Position numbers and translations under genes: made by a program
Shown here: piece after piece, positions 1-9,983 of the stretch
Layout of the letters: every line of letters begins with the position of its first letter
Position numbering within the stretch: the first letter of the stretch is position 1
Notes under the pieces: model-generated
Told to the model about the DNA's origin: nothing
What the model saw: the letters and a program-made list of their open reading frames with translations, nothing else
Databases searched by the model: none
Source of the DNA: an uncultured Acidobacteriota bacterium
GTDB lineage: Bacteria; Acidobacteriota; Vicinamibacteria; Fen-336
Direction: 5' to 3'
Assembly (NCBI GenBank): GCA_963720545.1
Contig: OY970399.1
Coordinates: 1,888,001-1,952,000 of the forward strand
DNA: 64,000 nucleotides

Positions 1-566
1 TCGACAGCGTCGCTCCCAGCCTGCGGCGGGTGGCGGACATCGCTTTCTCCGGCGATGGCGAGCCGACCACTGCGCCGGAGTTCCCCGAAGCCGCGCGCCG
101 CGTGCGCGCCATCCGCGACCGCAATTCGCTGGCGGTGCCGATGCGCCTCATCACCAACGCGACCATGTTCGACCGGCCGCGGGTGCGCGCGGCGCTGGGA
201 TCGTTCGACGAGCTGTGGTGCAAGCTCGACGCCGGCACCGAGGAATACTTCCGCTTCGTCGACGGCACGCGGCTGCCCTTCGTCCAGGTGCTGCGCAACC
301 TCACGGCGGTCGCGCAGGAGCGGCCGATCGTGGTGCAGAGCATGTTCCTGGCCAGCCATGGCGCGGGGCCCGACGACGCCGAGATCGCAGCGTATGCCGG
401 CCGGCTCGCGGACATCGCCGCCTGCGGGACGATCGACCACGTCCAGATCTACACTGTCGCCCGCCGGCCGGCCGATGCTGCGATGACGCCCCTGTCGCGC
501 GATAGGCTGGAGGCGATTGCCGCCGCCGTGCGCGCACGGGGCCTGAAAGCCGAGGTCTATGACTGA
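1..566 (+). CDS. Radical SAM / Fe-S oxidoreductase, C-terminal part (5' end outside window)
   Basis: DIAFSGDGEPT and LITNA motifs and KLDAG, typical of the radical SAM barrel. The CxxxCxxC motif would lie upstream of the window. Confidence 0.75.
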   Translation, partial: DSVAPSLRRVADIAFSGDGEPTTAPEFPEAARRVRAIRDRNSLAVPMRLITNATMFDRPRVRAALGSFDELWCKLDAGTEEYFRFVDGTRLPFVQVLRNLTAVAQERPIVVQSMFLASHGAGPDDAEIAAYAGRLADIAACGTIDHVQIYTVARRPADAAMTPLSRDRLEAIAAAVRARGLKAEVYD

Positions 567-1575
567 GATGATGCCGAAGATGCTCCAGACACTGGGTACG
601 GCGCTGGCGGGCGCCGCCCTCCTGGCCGTCGCGGCGGCCCGTCCCGCGCACGCCGATGCCCTCGACGCCGCCCTGCAGGCGCAGCTGCAGGCGATCGCCG
701 CGCAAAGCGGCGGCACCCTGGGCGTGTACGCGCACGACCTGCGCAGCGGCCGCACCGCGTCCCTCAACGGCAGCGCGCGCTTCCAGCTGGCGAGCACCTA
801 CAAGATCCCCATCGCCCTCGCGATCCTCGACGCCGTCGACCGCGGCCGCCTGCGCCTCGACCAGCAGGTCGAGATCCGCGAGGCCGACCTGGCCCCCGGC
901 GTCAGTGCGATCGTCGAGGAGTGGAACCCCGGCGAGAAGCGCACCATCGAGTCGCTGCTGCGCTCGATGCTGGTGGAGAGCGACAACACCGCGAGCGACG
1001 TGCTGATGACGGCGGCCGGTGGTGCCGCGCAGGTGACGGGGCGGCTGCGCGCGCTCGGCATCGCCGACTTCGACGTCAACCGCCGCGAGAGCGAGATCGG
1101 CACCGACTTCCACGGCGTGGCGTTCGGCGCCGACCATGACCTCGGCAAGTTCGCCGATGCGGTGCGCGACGCGCCGCGCGACGTGCGTGTGGCGAGCGCC
1201 GAGCGCTTCATGAAGGACCAGCGCGACACCGCGACGCCGTTGGCGATGGGCGCGCTGCTCGAGAAGATTGCCGCCGGCAAGGCCGCAAGCGCCGACAGCA
1301 CGGCGCGCCTGCGCGCGCTGCTGCGCGAGTCGCGCAGCCCGGCGCCGCGGCTCACCGGCGGGCTGCCCGAAGGCACGTCGCTCGAGCATAAGACCGGCAC
1401 CTGCGCGGACGCGTTCGACTTCAACTGCACCAACGACGTCGGCATCGTCAACCCGCCGCCGGGTGATGCCATCGTCATCGCAGTGTTCCTCAAGAACTCG
1501 ACGAAGGAGTACGCCGAACGCAATCGCACCCTCGCCGAGGTGACGCGCGCCGTCTACGAGGCGTGGACCCGCTAG
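559..1575 (+). CDS. Class A serine beta-lactamase with signal peptide and long omega-loop insertion
   Basis: SxxK (ASTYK), SDN, E166-equivalent (NRRE), RDTATP and HKTG motifs, plus an N-terminal signal peptide. Confidence 0.88.
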   Translation: MTEMMPKMLQTLGTALAGAALLAVAAARPAHADALDAALQAQLQAIAAQSGGTLGVYAHDLRSGRTASLNGSARFQLASTYKIPIALAILDAVDRGRLRLDQQVEIREADLAPGVSAIVEEWNPGEKRTIESLLRSMLVESDNTASDVLMTAAGGAAQVTGRLRALGIADFDVNRRESEIGTDFHGVAFGADHDLGKFADAVRDAPRDVRVASAERFMKDQRDTATPLAMGALLEKIAAGKAASADSTARLRALLRESRSPAPRLTGGLPEGTSLEHKTGTCADAFDFNCTNDVGIVNPPPGDAIVIAVFLKNSTKEYAERNRTLAEVTRAVYEAWTR

Positions 1576-3980
1576 TGCGCGCAGCCCGGACGACCGGCGC
1601 AGTCCTGCTTTTCTCCTGGTCGCTGCTCGGGGCTGCCGCCGGCGCACAGGACAAGCCGCGGCGCTTCGACGGCTTCATTCCGCTGCAGTGGGATGCGAAA
1701 AAGGGCCAGCTGCTCCTCGAAGTGAAGGACCGCGCCGAGTTCCTCTACGGCGTCGGCCTGGCCGGCGGAGCCGGCATCCTCGAAGCGAGCCTCGACCGCG
1801 GCCAGCTGGGCAACCTCGGCCTGTGCCGCTTCGAGCGCATCGGCCCGCGCGTGCTGCTGCGCCAGCTGCAGACCGACCATCGCAGCGGCACCAGCGACGC
1901 GGAGCGCACTCGCGTGGTCACCGAATCGTTCCCCTCGTCGGTGCTGGCCTCGCTCGCTATCGTCGCGGAGAACGGCGACACGCTGGTGGTGGACGCGACC
2001 GACCTGGTGCTGCGCGACACCTTCATCGCGAACACGCTGCGGCAGGCCGACCAGGGCGACTGGCGCGCCGACCCGCAGCGCTCGGCCCTCGAGCTCGACC
2101 GCACCGGCGCCTTTCCGCGCAATACCGAGGTGGAAGCCACCGTGACGGTGAGCGCCGACAAGCCGACGCCGGCGGTGGCGCGGGTGCTGCCCGACGGGCA
2201 CACGATGAGCCTGCGGGTGCACCACACGTTCCTGGCACTGCCGGAGCCGGGCTACAAGCCGCGCTTTCTCGACCCGCGCGTCGGCTTCATCCCGGTTGGC
2301 TACAAGGACCACACCGCGCCGTTCACCGAAGCCATCGAGCGCTACGCGGTCATGCGCTGGCGCCTCGAGAAGAAGAACCCGCAGGAAGCGGTCTCCGAAC
2401 CGGTCGCGCCCATCGTCTACTACCTCGACCGCGGCATGCCCGAACCGGAGCGCAGCGCGATTCGCGACGCGGCACTCTGGTGGAACCACGCCTTCGAGAA
2501 GGCCGGCTTCCGCAACGCCCTCGTCATCAAGGACTTGCCCGAAGGTGCCACGTTCCTCGACGCGCGCTACTCCGGCATCGAGTGGATCAACCGCGCCGAG
2601 CGCGCCTGGTCGATCGGCGACGGCCAGGTCGACCCACGCACTGGCGAGATCGTGCACGCGGTCGCGCGCATCGATTCGCATCGCCGCCGCACCACCTCGC
2701 GCCTGTGGCAGAACCTGCGCCGCCCGACAGCCGGCCTTGCCTGCACCGCGGCCGACGCTCCCGATTTCGCCGAACTCCTGGCGGGTGCCGCCGACCCTTC
2801 GGTCGGTGAAGAGGAGCTGGTGCTGGCGCGCCTGCGCTATCTCTCGGCGCACGAAGTGGGCCACACGCTCGGGCTGATGCACAACTTCGCCGGCACCACC
2901 TTCGGCTGGGGCTCGGTGATGGACTACCTTGCGGCGCACGTCGAGCCGCGTGCCGACGGCACCCTCGACCTCTCGGACGCGTACCCGAAGGACATTGGCT
3001 CGTACGACACCCTGATGATCGAGTGGGGCTACACGCCGAACGAAGACCCGAAGGCGCTCGACGGCATCGTGCGCGCGGCCTACGGCGCCGGCGATTTGTA
3101 CCCGCTCGAAAGCGACCCGCGCTGGGCCGAGTACGACTGGGGCAAGGACCCGGTGGCCTGGCTGCGGACCACACAGGCCGCGCGCAAGATCATCCTCGAA
3201 CGCTTCGGGCCCGAACAGCTGAAGGACGGCGCGCCGCTCTACGACCTGCAGGCGCGCCTCTCGCTCGCCTACACGTACCACCGCTTCGGCATCCAGGCGG
3301 CGCAACAGTTCATAGGCGGCCAGTTCCAGACGAACGCGCTCAAGGGCGACGGCCAGGTGCCGGCTGCGTGGGTCCCCGCCGCGAAGCAGCGCGAAGCGCT
3401 CGACCTGCTGATGAGCGCGTTGTCGCCTGCCAACCTCGCGATTCCCGAACGCATCACCGCGGCACTCGTGGCCGAGCCATCTGGCACGGCGCCGACGCGC
3501 GAGCTTTTCACCTCGGAAGCCGGCGACACCTTCAGCCCACTGTCGGCGGCACGCGCGCTCGCCGGCCTGGTCGTCGATCCGCTGCTCGATCCGCGGCGCG
3601 CGGCGCGGCTGACGCTGGCGCCGGCAGGCGGACTGACGCTCGACGAACTGCTCGGGAGGCTCGTCGACACTTCGTTCGCCGCGGGGGTTACCGGTGATGC
3701 CGCCCTGCGCCACGTCGTTCAGCGGCGCGTCGCCGACGGCATCATGAACCTGGCGGCCGCCGCCGATGCCGCGCCTGAAGTGCGCGCCACCGCGACGCAG
3801 CGGTTGCAGGCGCTTGCGACACGGCTCGGCGCACCCGACGCACGGCGCAATGCGATGGCAGCGCTCATCGCCCGTGACGTCACCGACTTCCTCGCGCACC
3901 CCGAACTGCGCACGCCACGGCCGCCGCAGGTCGTCGCACCTCCCGGCCGGCCCATCGGGTTGCCCGAGACCGAGCGTTGA
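1575..3980 (+). CDS. Secreted zinc-dependent metalloprotease (DUF5117/DUF4953, EcxA-like)
   Basis: HEVGHTLGLMH metzincin motif, SVMDY Met-turn, DPRVG and DPRTGEI motifs, C-terminal PPGRPIG. The GTG start overlaps the upstream stop. Confidence 0.85.
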   Translation: MRAARTTGAVLLFSWSLLGAAAGAQDKPRRFDGFIPLQWDAKKGQLLLEVKDRAEFLYGVGLAGGAGILEASLDRGQLGNLGLCRFERIGPRVLLRQLQTDHRSGTSDAERTRVVTESFPSSVLASLAIVAENGDTLVVDATDLVLRDTFIANTLRQADQGDWRADPQRSALELDRTGAFPRNTEVEATVTVSADKPTPAVARVLPDGHTMSLRVHHTFLALPEPGYKPRFLDPRVGFIPVGYKDHTAPFTEAIERYAVMRWRLEKKNPQEAVSEPVAPIVYYLDRGMPEPERSAIRDAALWWNHAFEKAGFRNALVIKDLPEGATFLDARYSGIEWINRAERAWSIGDGQVDPRTGEIVHAVARIDSHRRRTTSRLWQNLRRPTAGLACTAADAPDFAELLAGAADPSVGEEELVLARLRYLSAHEVGHTLGLMHNFAGTTFGWGSVMDYLAAHVEPRADGTLDLSDAYPKDIGSYDTLMIEWGYTPNEDPKALDGIVRAAYGAGDLYPLESDPRWAEYDWGKDPVAWLRTTQAARKIILERFGPEQLKDGAPLYDLQARLSLAYTYHRFGIQAAQQFIGGQFQTNALKGDGQVPAAWVPAAKQREALDLLMSALSPANLAIPERITAALVAEPSGTAPTRELFTSEAGDTFSPLSAARALAGLVVDPLLDPRRAARLTLAPAGGLTLDELLGRLVDTSFAAGVTGDAALRHVVQRRVADGIMNLAAAADAAPEVRATATQRLQALATRLGAPDARRNAMAALIARDVTDFLAHPELRTPRPPQVVAPPGRPIGLPETER

Positions 3981-4789
3981 TCCGCAAGGTCGCGTGGGGT
4001 GCGTGCGCCCTGGTGGTGTTGTGCGCGGCGGCAGCGCCGCTGCGTGCGGATGACCTCGAGCTGCTGCCGCAGTTCGACCTGCACCTCGAGTTCGGCCGCT
4101 ACGCGCCCACCGAGACCGATTTCGTCTTCGACTCGTGGCTGGGGGGCAAGGCGACACTGGTGCGGCACGGCGCGACCTCGATCTTCATGACCGGCGACGT
4201 CGAGACTGTCCTGGGCCGCGAGTTCCGCGTGTTCGACGCCAACCAGGCGAACTACGTCCTCGAGGGCGGCGTCACCCGCGACTTCGGACTGTGGAGCCTG
4301 AGCGGCGTGTTCCACCACGTCTCGCGGCACGTCATCGACCGGCCGAAGCGCCAGTCGGTCGACTGGAACCTCATCGGCGTGCGCGCCGAGCGCCGCTTCC
4401 TGTATGACGCCGCCGCCGGCGGCGGCGCCGCAACCGAGCGCGGCCGCATCGAGCTGGGCGCCGCGCACCAGATCAAGCACACCTTCGTCCTCTACAACTG
4501 GGAGTTGCGCGCGGCGGCCGAGTACGACCTGGTGCCCGCGGGCGGCGGCGCCCTCTACGCTCGCGCCACGCTGCGCGCGATCAGCGAGGAAAAGACCGTC
4601 GACCGCACGCGCGGCGGCTTCCTGGACGCGCTTGCCGAGGGCGGCTGGCGCATTCGGCGCGGCCGCAACCTGCTGCACTTCTACGCCGCCTACGAACACC
4701 GCAACGACGTCTACCTCATGAGCCCCTCGTCCAAGGACCGCGCGCTCTTCGGCTTCCGCGTCGGCCGCTCCAACAACCCCGGCTGGTGA
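3977..4789 (+). CDS. Hypothetical exported protein, probable outer-membrane beta-barrel
   Basis: Signal peptide and alternating amphipathic beta-strand pattern with aromatic residues. Overlaps the upstream stop by 4 nt. Confidence 0.6.
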   Translation: MIRKVAWGACALVVLCAAAAPLRADDLELLPQFDLHLEFGRYAPTETDFVFDSWLGGKATLVRHGATSIFMTGDVETVLGREFRVFDANQANYVLEGGVTRDFGLWSLSGVFHHVSRHVIDRPKRQSVDWNLIGVRAERRFLYDAAAGGGAATERGRIELGAAHQIKHTFVLYNWELRAAAEYDLVPAGGGALYARATLRAISEEKTVDRTRGGFLDALAEGGWRIRRGRNLLHFYAAYEHRNDVYLMSPSSKDRALFGFRVGRSNNPGW

Positions 4790-4790
4790 G

Positions 4791-4996
4791 TTGAGGTAGG
4801 CTTCCCCCAATCGAGGTGCCCCGCGGTCGCGGGGGTAAAAGGGAAGCAGGTCGGAAACCTGCGCGGTCCCGCCACTGTAGCCGGTGAGCCGCTCTTCGTA
4901 ACGCATCGATCGATGCGAGCCACTCCGCAAACGAGTCGTCGCGGGGGAAGGCTGAGAAGGCTGGCGATGACCCGGGAGCCAGGAAACCTGCCTCGA
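4791..4996 (+). promoter_or_regulatory. Cobalamin (B12) riboswitch
   Basis: Conserved elements in order: AGGTGCC, AAAAGGGAA, GCAGGT-CGGAA-ACCTGC, CCCGCCACTGTA, AGCCACT, GGGAAGG, and B12-box GAGCCAGGAAACCTGCC. P1 is GAGGTAGG(4793-4800)/CCTGCCTC(4987-4994). Lies directly upstream of a btuB-like gene. Confidence 0.95.
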
Positions 4997-5021
4997 GCAA
5001 CAGTCCGAGGAGACATTTCCA

Positions 5022-7223
5022 ATGCGCCCATTCGCGAGCTTCATTCTCGTCGCCGCCACACTTCTGTCCGTTTCGCCGCCGGCTTCGGCCGGCACGCTCA
5101 CCGGCTCCGCAAGAGCCACGGACGGCACCGCCCTGCCGCGCTTCGACCTGCGGCTCATCGGTCCCGGGGGCGGCGAGCGCCCGCTGGTCACTGGCCTCGG
5201 CGGCGCCTTCGACGCGGGCGTGGTGCCCGCGGGCGAGTATCGCATCGCGCCGGCGACGCCCGGGTTCACGACTGTTACGCCGGCATCGTTCCAGGTGGGC
5301 GCGGGCACAGACCCCGTGCGCATCGAGGTGGTGCTTGGCCCGAGCGGCATTGCCGAGCGGGTGGTGGTCGCCGCGACCCGCGGCGACGCAGTGGCTTCGA
5401 CGCTCGGCGTCGCGGTCACCATCATCGATGGCGGCGACATCGAGGCGCGCCATCCGCAGACGCTCCTGCATCTCTTGACCGATGCGCCGGGCGTGGCCGT
5501 CGCGGCGACCGGGCCGCCCGGCCGCCAGGCCTCCGCCTTCGTCCGCGGCGGCGAGAGCAACTTCACGCGCGTGATGGTGGACGGCGTGGTGGTGAACGCG
5601 CCCGGCGGCGCCTACGACTTCGGCGACCTGCTGGCGATGGACGTGTCGCGCATCGAGGTGGTGCGCGGTGCCGGGAGCAGCCTCTACGGCAGCGACGCGC
5701 TCGCCGGCGTCGTCAACATCGTGACCCGCGAGCCAGGGCCGCGCAGCCTCTTTGCCGAGGGCGAAGGTGGCAACTTCGGCTTCTGGCAGGGGCGCGGCGG
5801 TGCCTCAGGACGCAGCGGCCAGTTCGACTGGCGCGGCAACCTCGCCCATCTCGAGACAGACAACGAAGGGCCGAACGGCAAGTTCGACGAAACCGCGGGC
5901 AGCGGTTCGTTCGCGGTGCGGGCCACGGAGAAAACGACGCTGCGCGGCATCCTGCGCGCGTCACACAGCCGCACCGGCACCCCGGGCCAGACGCTCTACG
6001 GCCGCCCCGACCTCGACGCGTTCGCGAAACGCAACGACTTTTCCGCGGGGCTCACGTTCGAGACGCGCCGCGAGCAGGTCATCCACACGCTGCGCGCCGG
6101 CATTGCGGATACCGACCTGTTGTCCGTGAACCCGCTCGATTCCGGTCCGTACACGCCGACCTTCGGCGACCTGCGGGCACCATTCGAGTTCGTCGACTTC
6201 GTGAACGCGGCCGGCGCGCAGAACGACACGCGCCGCGCGACCCTCGGCTACCAGGCCGAAGTCCAGGCCGGCGCCGCCCACCTGCTGACGCTCGGCGCGG
6301 AAGCGGAGCGCGAGACGGGCGCCGTCGGCACCAAGGGGTCCGCGTCGGTGGTGACGCCGAAGCGCAGCAATTTTGGTTTCTACGCGCAGGACCGCGTGGC
6401 GATCGGCGGCCGCGGGTTCGTGACGCTCGGCGCGCGCGTCGAGCGCAACGACAGCTACGGCACGCGCGTCGTGCCGCGCGGTGCCGTCGCGTGGCGCCTC
6501 AGCAGCGGCGAGCACGCGACGACACTGCACGCGAGCGGCGGCGCCGGCATCAACGAGCCGAACTTCACACAGACCTTCGGCTCGGCGTTCTCGCTGCCCA
6601 ACCCCGACCTGAAGCCGGAGCGCAGCCGCACCTTCGACCTCGGCGTCGAGAGCTGGCTGTCGCCGCGGGTGCGGCTCGACGTGACCGGCTTCCACCACAC
6701 CTACCGCGACCAGATCGCGTTCGAGATCGTGGACTTCGTCACCTTCGACGGCGCCTACTTCAACCTCGGACAGACACGTGCCCAGGGCATCGAGACGGCG
6801 CTCGACGTCTCGGCCGCTCCCGGCCTCACGTTCCGCGGCGCCTACACCTGGCTCGACGGCGAGATCATCGACCCGGCACAAAACTTCGACGCGGTTTACG
6901 AAAAGGGACGCGAGCTGCTACGCAGGCCGAAGCACCAGGGATCGTTCGCCGCGCGCTACGCCGCCGGCCGCTTCGACGTCGGCGCCAACGTTGTGGTCGT
7001 CGGCGAGCGCACCGACAGCGACTTCTCGAGCCTCGGGCTCGAGCAGAACGCGGGCTACACGCGCGTCGATGCGCGCGCCAGCGTGCTGGTGCGCGGCGCC
7101 CTGCACGCGTACGTGGTGCTCGAGAACGCATTCGACCGCGAGTACCAGGAAGCGCTTGGCTATCCGGCGCTCGGCCGCTCGATCCGCTTCGGCCTCGGCC
7201 TGCGCGCGAGCGGCACCCGGTGA
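5022..7223 (+). CDS. btuB: TonB-dependent vitamin B12 receptor
   Basis: Signal peptide, N-terminal carboxypeptidase-regulatory-like domain, plug motif IEVVRGAGSSLYGSDALAGVVNIVT, and NPDLKPE. Downstream of the B12 riboswitch, with SD GAGGAG. Confidence 0.9.
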   Translation: MRPFASFILVAATLLSVSPPASAGTLTGSARATDGTALPRFDLRLIGPGGGERPLVTGLGGAFDAGVVPAGEYRIAPATPGFTTVTPASFQVGAGTDPVRIEVVLGPSGIAERVVVAATRGDAVASTLGVAVTIIDGGDIEARHPQTLLHLLTDAPGVAVAATGPPGRQASAFVRGGESNFTRVMVDGVVVNAPGGAYDFGDLLAMDVSRIEVVRGAGSSLYGSDALAGVVNIVTREPGPRSLFAEGEGGNFGFWQGRGGASGRSGQFDWRGNLAHLETDNEGPNGKFDETAGSGSFAVRATEKTTLRGILRASHSRTGTPGQTLYGRPDLDAFAKRNDFSAGLTFETRREQVIHTLRAGIADTDLLSVNPLDSGPYTPTFGDLRAPFEFVDFVNAAGAQNDTRRATLGYQAEVQAGAAHLLTLGAEAERETGAVGTKGSASVVTPKRSNFGFYAQDRVAIGGRGFVTLGARVERNDSYGTRVVPRGAVAWRLSSGEHATTLHASGGAGINEPNFTQTFGSAFSLPNPDLKPERSRTFDLGVESWLSPRVRLDVTGFHHTYRDQIAFEIVDFVTFDGAYFNLGQTRAQGIETALDVSAAPGLTFRGAYTWLDGEIIDPAQNFDAVYEKGRELLRRPKHQGSFAARYAAGRFDVGANVVVVGERTDSDFSSLGLEQNAGYTRVDARASVLVRGALHAYVVLENAFDREYQEALGYPALGRSIRFGLGLRASGTR

Positions 7224-8188
7224 CACAGGGGCAGGCCGAGCCCCGGGCCCGGCTGCGTGCGGCGGGCTTCCTCGCCTTGCTGGGCGGGGCGGTGCTCTGC
7301 TTCTTCCTCCTCCGCTATGCCGGCGCGCCGAAGGGCGAACCGGTGCTGCCGCCGTCCCCCGCCGGCGTTCCGCAGCGCGTGGCGTCGCTCAACCTCGCCG
7401 CCGACGAAGTGCTCGCCGAGATCCTGCCGTCCGAGCGCCTCGTCGGCGTGACCCGCTTCGTCGACGAGCCGGGCACGTCGAACATCGTCGGCCGCGTGCC
7501 GCCGCAGATCTTTCGCTTCCCCAAGGCCGACATGGAGGCGCTCATCGCCCGCCAGGCCGACCTGGTCGTGATCTCCGAATACACCGACGCCGACTTTCGC
7601 GCGCTGCTGTTGCGCTCGGGCATGCAGGTGCACGCGATGCGCGGGCTCGACACCTTCGACGGCGTGCGCCGCGCCATCCTCGACCTCGGCAGCGCGGTGG
7701 GTGAAGCCGGCAGCGCTGCCCGCGTGGTCCAGGAATTCGACGGGCGCCGCGCCGCGCTGCGCGCGAAGCTCGCCGGGCTGACGCAGCCGCGCGTTCTCTA
7801 CTGGTCCGGCGGCATGACCGCCGGTGGGAAGACGGCGATCGGTTCGCTGATCGAGGAAGCGGGCGGCATCAACGTCGGCGCGGAGCTGAAGGTCAAGGGC
7901 ATCCTGCCGATCGGCGGCGAACGCGCCTACGCCGCCGACCCCGACGTGTTCCTGGCCGGCGACTTCGGCCAGGGCGCCGACGAGCTGCGCCAGCATCCGC
8001 TGCTGCGCAACGCGCGCGCCGTGCGCGAGGGGCGCATCGTGCAACTGCCGAACCAGCTGCTCGTCACGCTCAGCCAGCATCTCGCCGAGTCGGCCTGGCA
8101 GCTCGCCGCGCTGCTGCACCCGGGCCTCATCGCCGTGCCCGCGCCCAGCCAGAGTCCAAACGACGTGCCCCACGCCGCACGGCCGTGA
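7220..8188 (+). CDS. btuF: Cobalamin ABC transporter substrate-binding protein
   Basis: PQRVASLNLAADEVL class III SBP motif and N-terminal membrane anchor. The GTG overlaps the btuB stop (true start lies within the 4913 ORF). Confidence 0.82.
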   Translation: MTQGQAEPRARLRAAGFLALLGGAVLCFFLLRYAGAPKGEPVLPPSPAGVPQRVASLNLAADEVLAEILPSERLVGVTRFVDEPGTSNIVGRVPPQIFRFPKADMEALIARQADLVVISEYTDADFRALLLRSGMQVHAMRGLDTFDGVRRAILDLGSAVGEAGSAARVVQEFDGRRAALRAKLAGLTQPRVLYWSGGMTAGGKTAIGSLIEEAGGINVGAELKVKGILPIGGERAYAADPDVFLAGDFGQGADELRQHPLLRNARAVREGRIVQLPNQLLVTLSQHLAESAWQLAALLHPGLIAVPAPSQSPNDVPHAARP

Positions 8189-9195
8189 GCCCGCCACGCA
8201 CGGGCGTCCTCGGCGTGCTCGCCGCAGCGCTTCTGCTGGCGGCGGTCGCAGGCATCTGTCTCGGCAGCGTGCCCCTGTCGCTGCGCGAAGTGGCGACGGA
8301 ACTGGGGCGGCGCCTCTCGGGAGGCGCCGCCGCCGGTGCGCCGGTCGAAAACATCGTCTGGGCGGTGCGCCTGCCGCGCGTCCTGCTCGCCGCCGTCGTC
8401 GGCGGCGGCCTGGCGGTGGTTGGCGCGACCCTGCAGTCGGTATTTCGCAACCCGCTCGCCGACGCCGGACTCCTCGGAGTCGGCGCCGGTGCTGCGCTCG
8501 GCGGCGTCATCGCTGTCTACACCGGCTGGGCCGCAACCACCTTCTTCGCGCTGCCCGCGGCCGCGTTTGCTGGCGCCCTCCTTGCCTCCCTCGTCATCTA
8601 CGGCGTCGCGCACCTGAGCGGCCGGCCGTCGCTCTACGAGCTGCTGCTCACCGGCCTGTCGGTCTCGGCTCTCGCCAGCGCCGGGCTGTCGATCCTGCTC
8701 GTCGCGACCGAGGAATTCCGCGTGAAGACGGTGCTCTTCTGGCTCGCCGGCGGCCTGGAGGGCCGCAGCTGGCCGCACCTCTGGGCGAGCGGTTCGCTGG
8801 TGCTCGCCGGCGTCCTGGGCCTGTTCCTGTTCTCTCGCGTCCTCGATGCGCTTTCGCTCGGCGACGACGAGGCGGCCTCGCTCGGCATCGGGCTGCACGG
8901 CACGCGCATGGCGCTCCTGGCGCTCGCTTCGCTCGTGGCGGGCGCCGCGACCGCGATCTCCGGCTCGGTGCCGTTCGTCGGCCTGGTGGCGCCGCACGCG
9001 CTGCGCCGCCTCGTGGGGCCGCGAGCGAGCCTGCTGCTGCCCGCGTCGTTCCTCGGCGGCGGAACGCTCGTGGTGCTCGCCGACCTCTGCTCGCGGGTCG
9101 CGGGACGCGGCATCGACCTGCCGCTTGGCTCGCTCACCGCGATCGTCGGCGCGCCCTACCTGCTGCTGGCGTTGCGCGCCAATCGGGGCCGCTGA
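8185..9195 (+). CDS. btuC: FecCD/BtuC-family ABC permease
   Basis: VRLPRVLLA, FRNPLAD, LGDDEAASLG and FVGLVAPH motifs with multiple TM helices. Confidence 0.9.
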   Translation: MSPPRTGVLGVLAAALLLAAVAGICLGSVPLSLREVATELGRRLSGGAAAGAPVENIVWAVRLPRVLLAAVVGGGLAVVGATLQSVFRNPLADAGLLGVGAGAALGGVIAVYTGWAATTFFALPAAAFAGALLASLVIYGVAHLSGRPSLYELLLTGLSVSALASAGLSILLVATEEFRVKTVLFWLAGGLEGRSWPHLWASGSLVLAGVLGLFLFSRVLDALSLGDDEAASLGIGLHGTRMALLALASLVAGAATAISGSVPFVGLVAPHALRRLVGPRASLLLPASFLGGGTLVVLADLCSRVAGRGIDLPLGSLTAIVGAPYLLLALRANRGR

Positions 9196-9983
9196 TGGCG
9201 ACCACCCGCGTTCCCCGGCTGCGCGCGCAGGATGTCGCGGCGCACCGTGGCAGCCGGCAGGTGCTGCACGGCGTCTCGCTCGCGGTCGGCGCCGGCGAAG
9301 CCGTTGCGCTCATCGGACCGAACGCGGCCGGCAAGTCCACGCTGCTGCGGGTACTCGCCGGACTGATGCGGCCGAGCGCCGGCAGCGTGTTCCTCGACGA
9401 GCGGCCGCTGGCGACACTTGCGCGCGACGCGATGGCACGCACCATGGCGCTCGTGTCTCCCGACCAGGAAGGCTTTGGCGCGTTGACCGTGCGCGACCGT
9501 GTGGCCCTGGGCCGCTATCCGTATCTCGGCCCGCTGCGGCCCCCGGCGCTGGCGGATCTGCAGGCCGTCGAGCGTGCCCTGGCGCTCGCCGGCATTGCGC
9601 ACCTCGCCGAGCGCCGCCTGGCGACGCTCTCCGCCGGCGAGAAGCAGCTCTCGGCGCTGGCGCGGGCGCTGGCGCAGGAGCCGCGCGTGCTGCTGCTCGA
9701 CGAACCGGCGGCACATCTCGACGTCGGCCACGCGCTGCAGCTGTTCGCGGTCCTCGACCAGATCCGCGCCGGCGGTGTCGCGGTGCTCGCCGTGATCCAC
9801 GACCTGGCACGGGCCGCCGCCTGGGCCGAACGCGCGCTGCTGCTCGTCGACGGCACGCTTGCCGGCAGCGGCACGCCGCGCGAGGTGCTGACGAGCGAAG
9901 CGTGCGCGCGCGCCTTCGGCGTGGCCGTGCGCCTCGAGGAGGGAGCGTCGGGCGCACACTATCGGTTCGAGCTGCGGCAGTGA
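9195..9983 (+). CDS. btuD: ABC transporter ATP-binding protein (BtuD/FecE-like)
   Basis: Walker A GPNAAGKST, signature LSAGEKQ, Walker B LLLDEP and H-loop IHD. Confidence 0.9.
   Translation: MATTRVPRLRAQDVAAHRGSRQVLHGVSLAVGAGEAVALIGPNAAGKSTLLRVLAGLMRPSAGSVFLDERPLATLARDAMARTMALVSPDQEGFGALTVRDRVALGRYPYLGPLRPPALADLQAVERALALAGIAHLAERRLATLSAGEKQLSALARALAQEPRVLLLDEPAAHLDVGHALQLFAVLDQIRAGGVAVLAVIHDLARAAAWAERALLLVDGTLAGSGTPREVLTSEACARAFGVAVRLEEGASGAHYRFELRQ

Noticed and set aside
559..1575. Beta-lactamase (and folA at 47214-47741) as acquired resistance genes
   Set aside because: No integron, IS or direct repeats nearby. Composition matches the surroundings and the genes are embedded among housekeeping genes.
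4913..7219. 1091-aa ORF 4913..8188 overlapping btuB in another frame
   Set aside because: The N-terminal ~770 aa are Arg/Gly/Ala-rich shadow translation of a GC-rich gene. Only the part from GTG 7220 looks like a real protein (BtuF).
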